Positions 39,758-50,246 of a stretch of DNA of 64,000 nt are shown in pieces. The notes under the pieces are model-generated. The model ran no database searches and was not told the origin of the DNA. It was given only the letters and a program-made list of their open reading frames with translations. The position numbers were made by a program, and so were the translations under genes. This DNA comes from Schmidtea polychroa (taxonomy: Eukaryota): the NCBI GenBank assembly GCA_044892525.1, contig CM097885.1:496001-560000 (forward strand). The letters run 5' to 3'. Within the stretch, counting starts at the first letter, position 1; each line of letters begins with the position of its first letter.

Positions 39758-42748
39758 TTAATTTTTATATATATGTTGACGATATATTTGGTAGCTGCTA
39801 TTGATTGCAGCTACACATGCTATTTTGGCTAGCTCCTTTATTTCTTTATTGGATAGGCCAATAATTTTAAGTATCGAGTCATTATTTTTGTCCCATGAGC
39901 CAAGGGTGCCAACTACGAGGGCATGTAGAGTGTATGGGCATTTATGGAGTCTACCAATTTCCTCTCCTAGTTCCTTATATTTATTATAGTTGTTTCTCCT
40001 AGAGTTGTCGTAGTTTTCTCTGTTACGCTTAGACTTTAGAAGAAGATCGGGCTTAAGGGTGGAGTTGGTACCTTCAGGTATTTTCTCTATGTCTACTTCA
40101 TAGTTAACAGATATAAGGAAGTTTGCCACAGTTTCTAGGACATTATCATGCTTATTTCGTCTTGCATTAATACGTGCTTGGCAATGATTGAAGATGTGTG
40201 CAGGTGTTTCCGGGTGGGCATGGCAGTGCCGGCAGAGTATAGATTTATTAGTCTTTAGGCGGTGTGGTGAGTAGTTCAGTTTTAGAAGGTTGTTGCGTGC
40301 GGGAATAAGAAAAAGGAATTGGGCATCAGGAAGGATGTCACTTTTAAAGAAATAGTCGGCAATGTTGCTTTCGCTAATTGCCTTTGCCATATAGCCCTGG
40401 CATTTCATCGCACACCAACGTTCAGCATGGATAAGGCCAATAATGGAGTGCAGTTCAGCTGACGTTCTATCCACATTACCCAGGGTGAAGTAATTGATAC
40501 GACTCTTATATTTTATTTCAAGCTGTAGAAGATCCTCAAGCATTATGATTTTCGTAGATATACCGTATTTAAGAAGCAGACGTCGGGCCAATTTTTTAAA
40601 TTTCGAGAAGATGGAGAATGTTGGGTAGGTTTTAGAGAGTTGGCCATTCAGCCAGGACAGTGCAACATTTAAATCTCCTTGTCCTCTAGCCTCGATAAGT
40701 TCGGCAGTAATGAGAGTCTTAAAGTTAAGATCGCTAGAATTTAATGCCCTAATAAGCTGTACAATGCTTTGAATAAGGTATTCTTCAATGGAAGATACAA
40801 GTCCAAGTCCTCCAAGCTTGCAAGCTGCATATAAGAAGTTGTCATTCAGTTGCATTATCTTATCTCCGATGGATCTTTTAATACCCTGTTTAATTTGCAG
40901 GTCAAATCCATATTGTTGTATTTCAGAGTTACGAAGGATGTTGCGGGGAGAGTCTAGAATGTTATGGTTTATAACACAGTTTCTAAAGGTAAAGCGAGAG
41001 TGGATGAAGACTTTAAAGGCGTTAATTTTTTGCGAGGGGTGTAATTTTGTTTGTGTCCTGAATTGCAGAGTCAAGTCTTTCTTTGATGCAGTGTTTAGAT
41101 ATCTGTACATATTAGAATCATCAATTTTTGGTAGGGTTTCGCCGTAGAGTAGAATGGGTTGGTAGCTGCAGTCGTGGTCAACGTGGAAGTATCCAGATTT
41201 CGAAGGTTTAAAACGCAGATTAACTTTTGTTGCAAGGGAGACAGTAAGAGATAGGGCCGACTTGATGTTGGGGTAAGAATCAGATATGAGTACTATATCA
41301 TCAGCATATGCAAGGATGCTAATGTTGTGATTATGAAAAAGAAATGGATGAGTTTGTAATACACTGCGGAGTATGAAATCAATGGATAGACAGAACAGAG
41401 TCATGGACAAGGGGCAGCCTTGTTTCACGCCTTTATAAATTGGTGTATAATCAGATTTTTCACCTTCACAATCGAAGTAAGTTTGTACATTGTTGTACAT
41501 GTCTTGAAGAAGAGCAATAGTAGTGGGGTGGAGACCCATCTCCGAAAGAGTGTGCCAGATGAGTTCGTGTGGGATAGATCCAAAGGCATCTGCTATATCC
41601 AGCCAGACGATATGCAGGTCAGGAAGGTATCAGGAAGGGGACGTTTGACAATTTCGCTTTCAGAGAAGGTAGCCTCAAATTCTTGCGATTCAAGAATTGG
41701 GTGCAAGTTGTTCACATTTCCAGGGGGGCTATCCTGTATCTGGGACATCACAAGCGGAGTGGGGATATTGCCTGGATACACATAAGGTTCTGGGTGAAAT
41801 TCGAGGATATGTTGTCTAATAAGGTGATGGGAGATCCATGATCCACAAAAGCAGTATATTTCCTCGTCAGGGTAAAAGATAAGTTTTTTATGTTTGACCT
41901 TTATGTGGTTAATAATGGTCATGAGGGGGTGTCGATGTCAAAGATGGTTTTACATTTATTGCGATTTTTACTATAGTTGAAGCATATGAGGTTATTGGAG
42001 GGTGAAATCCGGATTTCAGCGCGGCTCATATATTCCAGGTCGCATTGGTCTATGTGTTGAAATTGGGTGATGTGATTATAAATTTGTTTGAAAGTTATTG
42101 GATTAGGTGCATATTTATTCTCACCAGGAGTTCTACATTGAATGCAATCGATAAGAGTATTTTCGTCAATTTTTAGTCTATGAAAGTCCCACGCGTGCTT
42201 AAAGATTTTTTTGCGATTAATGACAGAAACAGGACTGCAAAGTGTTGTCCTGCATTTGGACCTGCATTCGATTTTGCCTCTACCATTAAGTTTGAGAAGA
42301 ATTTTGTTATCAAGTTCACTCTCATCTGCTGTTTTTGGACGAAGGTATTGCGCGTGTGTTTGGCCAATGTTATGGGAGTGAGGTATTTAGGAGATGGGGC
42401 AGGGATATTATTCGCAATCACTTGTATTTTTTTATTAAATACTTCCATTTGTGATTGTATTCTTAATGCCTCTTGGATTTCGTTGCATTCAGATTCAGAA
42501 GGAGTAGGTGCGGTGACTTTAGGTGTACTGCTAAGCTCAATAGCGTTGGTAGTTTTAGATTGAATAAGTTCAGGCGTATTATGAAGAGAGGCAGTTGTCA
42601 TAGGATGTAGGTCAGTGTTGTTGTCGGGAGAGGAAGAGGCTGTGGGCTGGAGAGGTGATTCTTGGTCGATAGAGGTTACACTGCTGCTCGATAGATTCAC
42701 ATCATCTATGTCCGAGTTAAAAAGATCATTGTTTGGCTGGGGATTTAC
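39758..42748 (-). mobile_element. NeSL/Utopia-like RLE non-LTR retrotransposon, internally deleted and frameshifted
   Basis: In frame upstream of the 593-aa ORF: LHIVWLDIADAFGSIPHEL. Then GVKQGCPLS, AYADD, PSQKINAFKVF, CCHC, KPD, VGTLGSW. N-terminal C2H2-like fingers (CFCG...HILEFH). RT domains 0-2 are missing at ~41625. Confidence 0.88.
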
Positions 42749-42749
42749 A

Positions 42750-42909
42750 ATAAGCTTATCCTCTCATCCCTGCACTCTTCAATACGTCTAAGCCTATCAC
42801 GCTTCGCAAATAGTACCTCTGCCAACAAGGCTGGCACACCCAGCCCCCCATTTTTAATTTTACTATTTATAAATGATGAACAAGTATCGGTTGGCAGGTG
42901 TAACCATTT
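42750..42909 (-). pseudogene. 160-bp fragment of the R2-like RT thumb
   Basis: Near-identical to ~37018-37177. Confidence 0.9.
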
Positions 42910-42939
42910 TGATGTTAACTATAGTAGAGAAATACCAAA

Positions 42940-43572
42940 TGATTGCTTATAATAACGTGGATAAGGAATCAGCTTGATGGTCCCATGACACAATAAAGGC
43001 ATTCGTTTACTCTTTCGCCATGAAAAAATCTACCATCTTTGTTGACCCTTATGTTGATAACTTTCTAATCCAGCATAATTACAAAACCTTCTTCTCCTCC
43101 TTCCCCTTCAAAGACTTCGCAGAGTGGAACGAAATTATTATGCCAATGTCAAATGGCAAAGACAACTGGTTTTTCTTTTATCTTGATAAGCGGAAAACTA
43201 TTTTACCTACAAAATACCTGACGATAATATTAAAAAATACCTCCCACTTATTAAAGGTTTAATAACTAATTTAAATAACGACAATATGGACCATGAAACA
43301 GCCCTTAATGAAATGGAAAAAAAGAAAATTAAAAAACCAGCAGACATTGTCCATAAAAAAACCAGGGCTAAAAATGAACTGCTTTGCATTAAAAAATTCA
43401 AATATAAAACAAAACCTAAAGAGGAGATCACGAAGATCCTAAATAATAAATCTTCTCACAACTCCAAAACACTGCTCCAGGACTTGATGGAATCACACTG
43501 GCCGATTGGAAGAAAATCTCGCCCGATGACAAGGAAAAGCTAAAATAACGGTAATTAATAATCAAAATTGCG
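42940..43572 (+). pseudogene. Relic of a third non-LTR element: Ulp1-like protease remnant plus RT domain-0 remnant
   Basis: WSHDTIKAF...IFVDP...EIIMPMSNGKDNWFFFYLD has C48-like spacing, but the catalytic His position reads N. Later NTAPGLDGITLADWKKISP. 43430-43572 is inversely repeated at ~26335-26515 and its copies. Confidence 0.55.
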
Positions 43573-43599
43573 GTATTTATTCCAACAAGGGATTTAGGT

Positions 43600-43965
43600 T
43601 TATCCAGTGACTGATTCATTTTTCTCAGATAAAATTTGTTCTGTAATCGGGAAATTCAAGGATGAGAATAAAGGAAATCAATATAAAGAATGGGTGTTTC
43701 TTCGACCCAAGTGCTACTCACTCCAAGGCGATAAAACACTCTAAAAGCCAAAGGAATAAGACTTACAAATTCTAATATCACCCATGAAGCTTATAAAAAA
43801 AGTGTATACTGATGGTGGAACAGTGAGCATCCCAAAAAAAAATAGGAAGTGTCAATCATCAGTTGTATACTTTCATGACAGAAAAATGAGCTCTCCAATG
43901 TTTGGACGATAAAAGGTATTGGTACAATTGTAATGAAAGCTATGCCTACGGTCACTATAAGATTC
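43600..43965 (+). pseudogene. C-terminal pPolB fragment with frameshifts
   Basis: Manual translation: VIGKFKDENKGNQYKEWVFLRPKCYS / LKAKGI / CLDDKRYWYNCNESYAYGHYKI. Confidence 0.85.
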
Positions 43966-45076
43966 GTCACATGCATATTGCAACTTCTATGTCTAGAAAT
44001 GAATGCAAATCGAAACAAGGACTTTAACAATTAAATTTATGTGAATAATAAAATATATATTGTGAATTATTTGACTTCGTTAATTAAAATATGTTTTATC
44101 ATTTAATAATTCATTTGTCCAATTAATTTAGATAATTAGTTTTAAGTAAGAATTATTATTTATCATGAAAAACTTTGCTTTGTTTTGAAAAATTAATGCC
44201 CATTTTATTTTAAATAAACACAGCTTTATTAGTAGTGTGGTTATATACCCAACCAAAACAGCCCTCCCAACAAAACATGCCTCCAAATCACTTAAGCTAT
44301 TAGAAAAACAACCTAAAACTTTTACTTTTATAGTATTTTAACCCTATATTTTGAAAACAACCACCCTTAATGACTCTAACTGTTTTAATCTTTAAAGCCT
44401 CAAACTCAAAAGCATCAAACTAAAAAGAGAATAGAAAAGAAAATGGCATTATGAAAAAGTTAGAGGGCTATTTGATCTTTATCAGATTATTGATTTTAAA
44501 TTATATAAATTAAAAAATAAATGAAAAATAGTAAAACTGCTCTGAGGGGACAGTGGTATTTTTTTTTTTTTTCACTGTCCCCTCAACAGTTTTTTTTGAT
44601 CCGGTTCATTTTTTTTATTTATCAACCTCTTTCGTTTATCGAATCTCTTCCAATATACAAGCTGGCCAGACTCATACATCAGAATCAATCCGATAATAGC
44701 AGCACACCTTATTATTCGCTTCTCGCTCGAATACGATTTCATCGGCGTTTTAAGTGTGCTGCTCGAAAGTACAAATGAATTCGAAAGCGAATTCGAAAGA
44801 GGTCCGAAAACAACTGAGAAATAAATGTGCACATTAAAGAATCGATCCGGGGGTGTTCGAAAGACAGGTGGCGATAATTACCGGTTCGCCACCATCACCC
44901 GTTTCAATATTTTTTTTTTCATATTTATGTTTAAAAAATAATTAATTAATAAAAAAATAAAATAAAATAAAATAAATAAAATAAAATATACAAGTACTTT
45001 ATAAATATAAGATACCCACACTATTTTCAATATTATTTTCAAATTTTTAATATTATTTTATGTTGAAAAAAAAACT

Positions 45077-45149
45077 AACCTCAGATGTGATTTGAACCGC
45101 TAGCATTTTGAACCACTGTGTCAGTCTAGCCCACTGCGCCATCAAGGTT
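45077..45149 (-). ncRNA. tRNA-like RNA polymerase III unit (73 nt)
   Basis: Minus strand: AACCTTGA-TGGCGCAGTGG (A box)...GGTTCAAATC (B box)...TGAGGTT-AG-T9. The ends pair, but the D and T stems are imperfect. Confidence 0.6.
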
Positions 45150-45253
45150 TGGATTTTTTGTCATTTTTTAAATTTTTATTATAAAAAATGAATAATATAA
45201 ATCTTAAAAAATAAAATGAAAACAGGGTATCCAATAAAAATTTTTTTCTAAAA

Positions 45254-45886
45254 ATGAATTGTAATATTTGCAATAAAGTTTTTAAAAATAAAACTGGATT
45301 AATTTCTCACTTAAAATCGAAAGCTCATTTATTAAAAGAAAATAATTTTAATGATACAAATTCAAAACTTTGTCTTAAATGTAAAGGAAGATTTCTACAT
45401 TCTGGATATAATAAACATTTTGAAAATTGTATCGGGAAAAATAGAGAAATATTTACATGTCCTCATTGTAACTTTTCAACAAAACTAAATTTCTATTATT
45501 TAGAACATATAAAAGAATGTAAAAATAAAAAACAAAATTCTGACGATGAGGAATGTCATTCAGAAGGAGAGCCTGATCATGTTGAAAGAGAAAAATATAA
45601 CTGGGATAATTTTAATCATATAGATGAATTTCAATTAAAAATTAATGGGCCTGCAACTCCTGGAGAATATATAAATAAAAATAAAAAAAATATTAAAAAT
45701 TCTTTCACTGATTCTTTAAAAAATTATAAGCCGACAAGGTATAATGTTATAAAATATAAAATTATAATCAAAGCAAAATACTGGCGAGGAGCAGAAGAAA
45801 AGACAACACCCTTAGATGTTGAAATGGAATACCTTTTAAATATTTATTTTCAATTAAAGGATTTGATAAAACCATCAAAGAAATAA
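45254..45886 (+). CDS. Zinc-finger protein; probable N-terminal part of pPolB
   Basis: CNICNKVF...HLKSKAH, CLKC...HFENC, CPHC...HIKEC. Overlaps the open pPolB frame from 45823. Confidence 0.8.
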   Translation: MNCNICNKVFKNKTGLISHLKSKAHLLKENNFNDTNSKLCLKCKGRFLHSGYNKHFENCIGKNREIFTCPHCNFSTKLNFYYLEHIKECKNKKQNSDDEECHSEGEPDHVEREKYNWDNFNHIDEFQLKINGPATPGEYINKNKKNIKNSFTDSLKNYKPTRYNVIKYKIIIKAKYWRGAEEKTTPLDVEMEYLLNIYFQLKDLIKPSKK

Positions 45887-48800
45887 TTAAAGCAGCAGAA
45901 GCAAAACAAGAGGAAGTAGAAAATGAATTAGGAGATTCAAACTTAGTATTCAACTCTTTCCAAACTTTAGTGATTGATTATTGGAGAGGATTACCACCCA
46001 ATCCTAAATCTTATATTTCTACACCCTTTAAATCTAAAAATGTTATAAATGTACAGAATAATGATAACAAATGTTTCATCTGGTCAATACTTGCACATTT
46101 ACATCCTCAAGCAACAAATCCCCAAAGAGTTTCAAAATACAAACAATATGAAAATGAATTAATATTTCCCAAAGGATTCAAACACCCAATGAAACTAGAA
46201 GACATTCCAGAATTTGAAAAATTAAATAATCTTAAACTTAATATTTATGAACATGTTATAGGGAAAGAAATTATTCCAATTTATATTTCAGATAGTGGAA
46301 CCAAGGATAACGGAGCACAGGACAATGAGATATATCTTTTAATCTTGGAACAAGAAAATAATCAACATTATGTTTTAATAAAAAACTTTCAAGCTTTTAG
46401 ATCTCCAGAGAATCCAACTAGTGGAGGAGGAACATGTAAAAGATGTCTTCATTATTCAACAACTAAAAACTCTATGATTAAACATACAAGATTTTGTGAA
46501 AAAGATGATCCAGCTTTAATTAAAATGCCTAATAATCCCAAGATGTATTTTAAAAACTTTTCAAATTTACTACAAACAGTTGGAGTTCTTTATGGTGACT
46601 TTGAATCTATAAACCATAAACAAGATTTGGTTTATCAATATTTAAAAATAATAGAAAAAAATAAACTCATGGATTTATGGAACTCCTCAGGAGAGAAGAT
46701 GAAACCAGAGAGGATGAAAGCCTTTCTAAGAAAAAGAAATAAACCTAATAGTGTTAAAAAAACTAAACAATTATCATCTGCTTATAAATTATTATTTAAA
46801 AGTAATTATCCTGAACTCATAGAATCTAGAGAATATTCAATTCTAGGAGGTACCCCTGAAGAAGTCTTGAATCATTTTACTAAAAATATAAATGATCTAG
46901 AACATGAAATATTTAAAATATTAAAAACAAAGTATCCTCAAAATATTTCTAATCAACAACAACAAGAATATGAAAATACTTCCAACTGTTGGATGTGTAA
47001 ACAGAATATTCTTCCTGATGAAAAAGTTATAGATCATGATCATTTAAAAAAGGAAAATAATTATCGAGGAGCAGCTCATAAAAATTGCAATCTTAATTGC
47101 CATACTCCTAAATTTATACCTGTTATATTTCATAATCTTTTTGGATATGACATACATCTATTTATTAAACACCTCGCAGCAAATGCTAAAAACTCTTTCA
47201 AAGTTATCGGCTTAACAAAGGAAAAATATAAATCAATTGAATATGGAAAATTAAAATTTATAGACTCGTTAAACTTTCTCCAAATGTCTTTAGATGCAGT
47301 AGCAAAAACAATGAAAGCAGAAAATTTTAAAATCACTGGAGAATTCTTGGAAAAAAATAATATTCCTCTAGAAGAATATCCTACATGTTTAGCAAAAGGA
47401 ATATATCCTTATGACTATGTTGACTCGTTTGAAAGATATAATGAAACAAGTCTTCCTAGCCAAGAAGATTTCTATTCACAACTTCAAAAAAATCATATTA
47501 CAAATCAAGAATATTCTCGAGCAAATAAAATGTGGGAATTATTCAAGTGTAAAACTTTAGGAGAATATACAAGTATGTATTTATCCTTGGATGTTTATAT
47601 TCTAGCAGATTGCTTTGAAGAATTTACAAAATCTTTTGTTCTTAAACCCTATAATTATATAACTGCACCCTCTTTAGCTTGGGATACTATGTTATATACC
47701 ATTTGGACTTCAAATATAGAAGATGCTGATAAAATTATAGATCTTTTAACTAACCTCGATATGTTTAACCAAATTAAAACAAACATTAGAGGAGGAGTCT
47801 CTTCAGTAATGGGGAATAGAGAAATAAAAGCTAGAAATGCAATAACTACTAGCCGAAGACTATCTAAACACCCTGATGATCCATATATGAAAATTAACAA
47901 TGAGGAATTAAAAGAATTATTAGAAACAATGAAAAATCCTATATTTATACTTTATATAGATGCAACAGCTTTATATTCAGGAATTATGACTCAATATTTA
48001 CCAATGAGTGATTTCACTGAAATAGAGAACCCAACAGATGACCTTATGAAAGAAATACTTTCAACATCGAAAGATTCTCCAATAGGTTACTTTATAGAAT
48101 GTGACCTCGACTATCCAGATGATATAAAATCAGGAACAAGATATTTTCCTTTAGTTCCCATAAGAAGAAAGATTGATATCAACGAACTTCCTGAATGGCA
48201 AATCTCACAAGATAAACCTCCAACAATGAAACTTCTTTGTGATCAAACAGATCGAAGGTTTTATCTTTGTCACTATAGACTCCTCCAATTTTATCTCTCA
48301 CGAGGAATGATATTAAAAAAAGTTCATAGTGTCATAAGATTTAAACAAGCTCCATTCATGAAAGCTTTTATCGAGGAGAACATTAGGTGTCGAAACATTG
48401 CAAAAAGAGAAGGTAACCTTTTTAAAGATAATAATTATAAACTTTTAAACAATTCAGTCTTTGGGAAAACAATGGAGAATGTTGATAAATATACTCATAT
48501 TGAACTCCTAACAAATACTACCAAAGATATTAAGCGTTATAATCGCATGCTAGGAAAGCCTACATTTAAAAACGCACAAGTATTTTCTGAAAATCATACT
48601 GCAGTAGAATTAAAAAATTATGAGAAAACATATAACAAACCAATATTTATAGGGTTTACAATTTTAGAACTTTCAAAATTACAAATGTATGAAACATATT
48701 ATAACATCTTACAACCTATATACGGAGCAAATATATCAATGCATGCAATGGATACAGATTCAATGTTTTTAACAATAAGAACTCATGATTTACAAAAAGA

Positions 48801-49563
48801 TATGAAAGAAAATCCTATACTTTCAAATTTAATAAATTCATCTGGAGAACTATTTTCGTTTAAAGATGAAAAACCTTTTACTCCTATAGAAAATGGAATA
48901 TTTATTCGTGCTAAACAATATTCATACGAAACATTTAGAAACCCTGAATTTATAACTAGATCATTTATATTTAAAACTCCAGAAACAGAAGAAACCATTA
49001 CACATAGATATCCTATATTTCCTAAAGGACCAGAGGGACAAGAAGAAAAACCTGTAAAGGATAACAGATGTAAAGGAATACAGAGAGTGGTGGCAAAGAA
49101 TCTTTCTCATCAAGATTATATAGATACATTGAATCCAAATCATAAAGATAAAATTGATGAAATACATCAACTTAAAAGTGAAAACCATGATATTCACTTG
49201 ATAGAATCTCAAAAAGTATCATTATCAAATTATGATGATAAGAGATTCATACTAAGTGATTTAAAGACAACTCTACCTATTGGAAATAATTTAATTCCTA
49301 TAATAAAAAATCTAGAAAAGTTGAATAAGTTATATGATACAAAGATTACTGATCTTGATATTTATAATGTTGAAATTATTTATCCCGAGAGAGAAATCGA
49401 GAAACCTTTATATTCTCAAGTTTTTAATCCTATATGTTTAGAACTTAAATATTTTAATACTGATCCTGAATATATAAAAGGTCTAAGTGATAAAGAATTT
49501 AAAGATCATAAATTAATGATTCATAGGTTGGCTTTAACCATAACTGAAACCAACGATATTTAA
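45823..49563 (+). CDS. polB: Protein-primed family B DNA polymerase (pPolB) with endonuclease VII-like insert
   Basis: DNKCFIWSILA; ExoI YGDFES; CWMC...DHDH...RGAAH..CN; ExoII FHNLFGYD; KGIYPYDY; ExoIII YLSLDV; YIDATALY; KLLNNSVFGKT; MDTDS; YDDKR. The frame is open from 45823 and the track start at 45970 is GTG. Confidence 0.97.
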   Translation, partial: NGIPFKYLFSIKGFDKTIKEIIKAAEAKQEEVENELGDSNLVFNSFQTLVIDYWRGLPPNPKSYISTPFKSKNVINVQNNDNKCFIWSILAHLHPQATNPQRVSKYKQYENELIFPKGFKHPMKLEDIPEFEKLNNLKLNIYEHVIGKEIIPIYISDSGTKDNGAQDNEIYLLILEQENNQHYVLIKNFQAFRSPENPTSGGGTCKRCLHYSTTKNSMIKHTRFCEKDDPALIKMPNNPKMYFKNFSNLLQTVGVLYGDFESINHKQDLVYQYLKIIEKNKLMDLWNSSGEKMKPERMKAFLRKRNKPNSVKKTKQLSSAYKLLFKSNYPELIESREYSILGGTPEEVLNHFTKNINDLEHEIFKILKTKYPQNISNQQQQEYENTSNCWMCKQNILPDEKVIDHDHLKKENNYRGAAHKNCNLNCHTPKFIPVIFHNLFGYDIHLFIKHLAANAKNSFKVIGLTKEKYKSIEYGKLKFIDSLNFLQMSLDAVAKTMKAENFKITGEFLEKNNIPLEEYPTCLAKGIYPYDYVDSFERYNETSLPSQEDFYSQLQKNHITNQEYSRANKMWELFKCKTLGEYTSMYLSLDVYILADCFEEFTKSFVLKPYNYITAPSLAWDTMLYTIWTSNIEDADKIIDLLTNLDMFNQIKTNIRGGVSSVMGNREIKARNAITTSRRLSKHPDDPYMKINNEELKELLETMKNPIFILYIDATALYSGIMTQYLPMSDFTEIENPTDDLMKEILSTSKDSPIGYFIECDLDYPDDIKSGTRYFPLVPIRRKIDINELPEWQISQDKPPTMKLLCDQTDRRFYLCHYRLLQFYLSRGMILKKVHSVIRFKQAPFMKAFIEENIRCRNIAKREGNLFKDNNYKLLNNSVFGKTMENVDKYTHIELLTNTTKDIKRYNRMLGKPTFKNAQVFSENHTAVELKNYEKTYNKPIFIGFTILELSKLQMYETYYNILQPIYGANISMHAMDTDSMFLTIRTHDLQKDMKENPILSNLINSSGELFSFKDEKPFTPIENGIFIRAKQYSYETFRNPEFITRSFIFKTPETEETITHRYPIFPKGPEGQEEKPVKDNRCKGIQRVVAKNLSHQDYIDTLNPNHKDKIDEIHQLKSENHDIHLIESQKVSLSNYDDKRFILSDLKTTLPIGNNLIPIIKNLEKLNKLYDTKITDLDIYNVEIIYPEREIEKPLYSQVFNPICLELKYFNTDPEYIKGLSDKEFKDHKLMIHRLALTITETNDI

Positions 49564-49641
49564 TTTTTTAATAATAAAATGTCGACAATTAATTTAAGCA
49601 ACTATAGCAACCTGATCTACTTTTTTAAAAATACACCCATT

Positions 49642-50202
49642 TTATAAGTAAGAATTCTTTAACCATTTTTCTCGAGATGTTTTTTTATTACTTATAACAT
49701 TAGCCACCATGCCCTCCCTTTTTAATCTTATAACCTCATTCTTTATATCTTGTATTATTTGATTTGATTTCATTATTTCTTCGTCTGTCAGGATTCCATC
49801 TTCCAAAGCTTTTAATTGAAATAAAAATAATTTAGAGATTCCTAATTCTATTGATAAACAAACTTCTCTATATAAACTTTTCTTTTTAGAAGTATAAGAT
49901 AATGAAACTATTTCAGTTAAGAAACCATCAGCCACAGAAATACTTCCAAGTATTACAGGTGCAAGAGTAACAACTGGTAAAGTTATGGGTAAAATAACTG
50001 TTAATATTGCAGATGCAAATCCTAAAGAATAACCTATAACTTTTAAAACTGTATTCCCTTTATTCCATCTATTTTTAATTTTTTTATAATGCTTTAATAA
50101 ATCTTGTAAATGTAAGGTTTCTGATTTAAATTCTTTTACTCTCATAATTTCAAGTTCTGTGGGAGCCGAGGCCTTGGAAGAATAATATCCTGATGATCTC
50201 AA
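49642..50202 (-). CDS. Polinton/adintovirus conserved membrane-associated protein (GasderminX-like)
   Basis: Hydrophobic hairpin VIGYSLGFASAILTVILPITLPVVTLAPVILG and C-terminal ALEDGILTDEE. Track start is TTG; the frame extends upstream without an ATG. Confidence 0.65.
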   Translation of the reverse strand: MRSSGYYSSKASAPTELEIMRVKEFKSETLHLQDLLKHYKKIKNRWNKGNTVLKVIGYSLGFASAILTVILPITLPVVTLAPVILGSISVADGFLTEIVSLSYTSKKKSLYREVCLSIELGISKLFLFQLKALEDGILTDEEIMKSNQIIQDIKNEVIRLKREGMVANVISNKKTSREKWLKNSYL

Positions 50203-50246
50203 TTCTGGGTAAATTTTTTCTTCTCTTACTTCTTCCTTTTTAATAT

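Larger units (their letters stand above)
30295..41001. repeat. Tandem segmental unit U2 (retains the undeleted R2 segment and continues into unique sequence)
   Basis: Offset to U1 is ~10.24-10.26 kb, rising to ~10.72 kb after 38835. Homology ends at CGAGAGT (41001). Confidence 0.97.
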
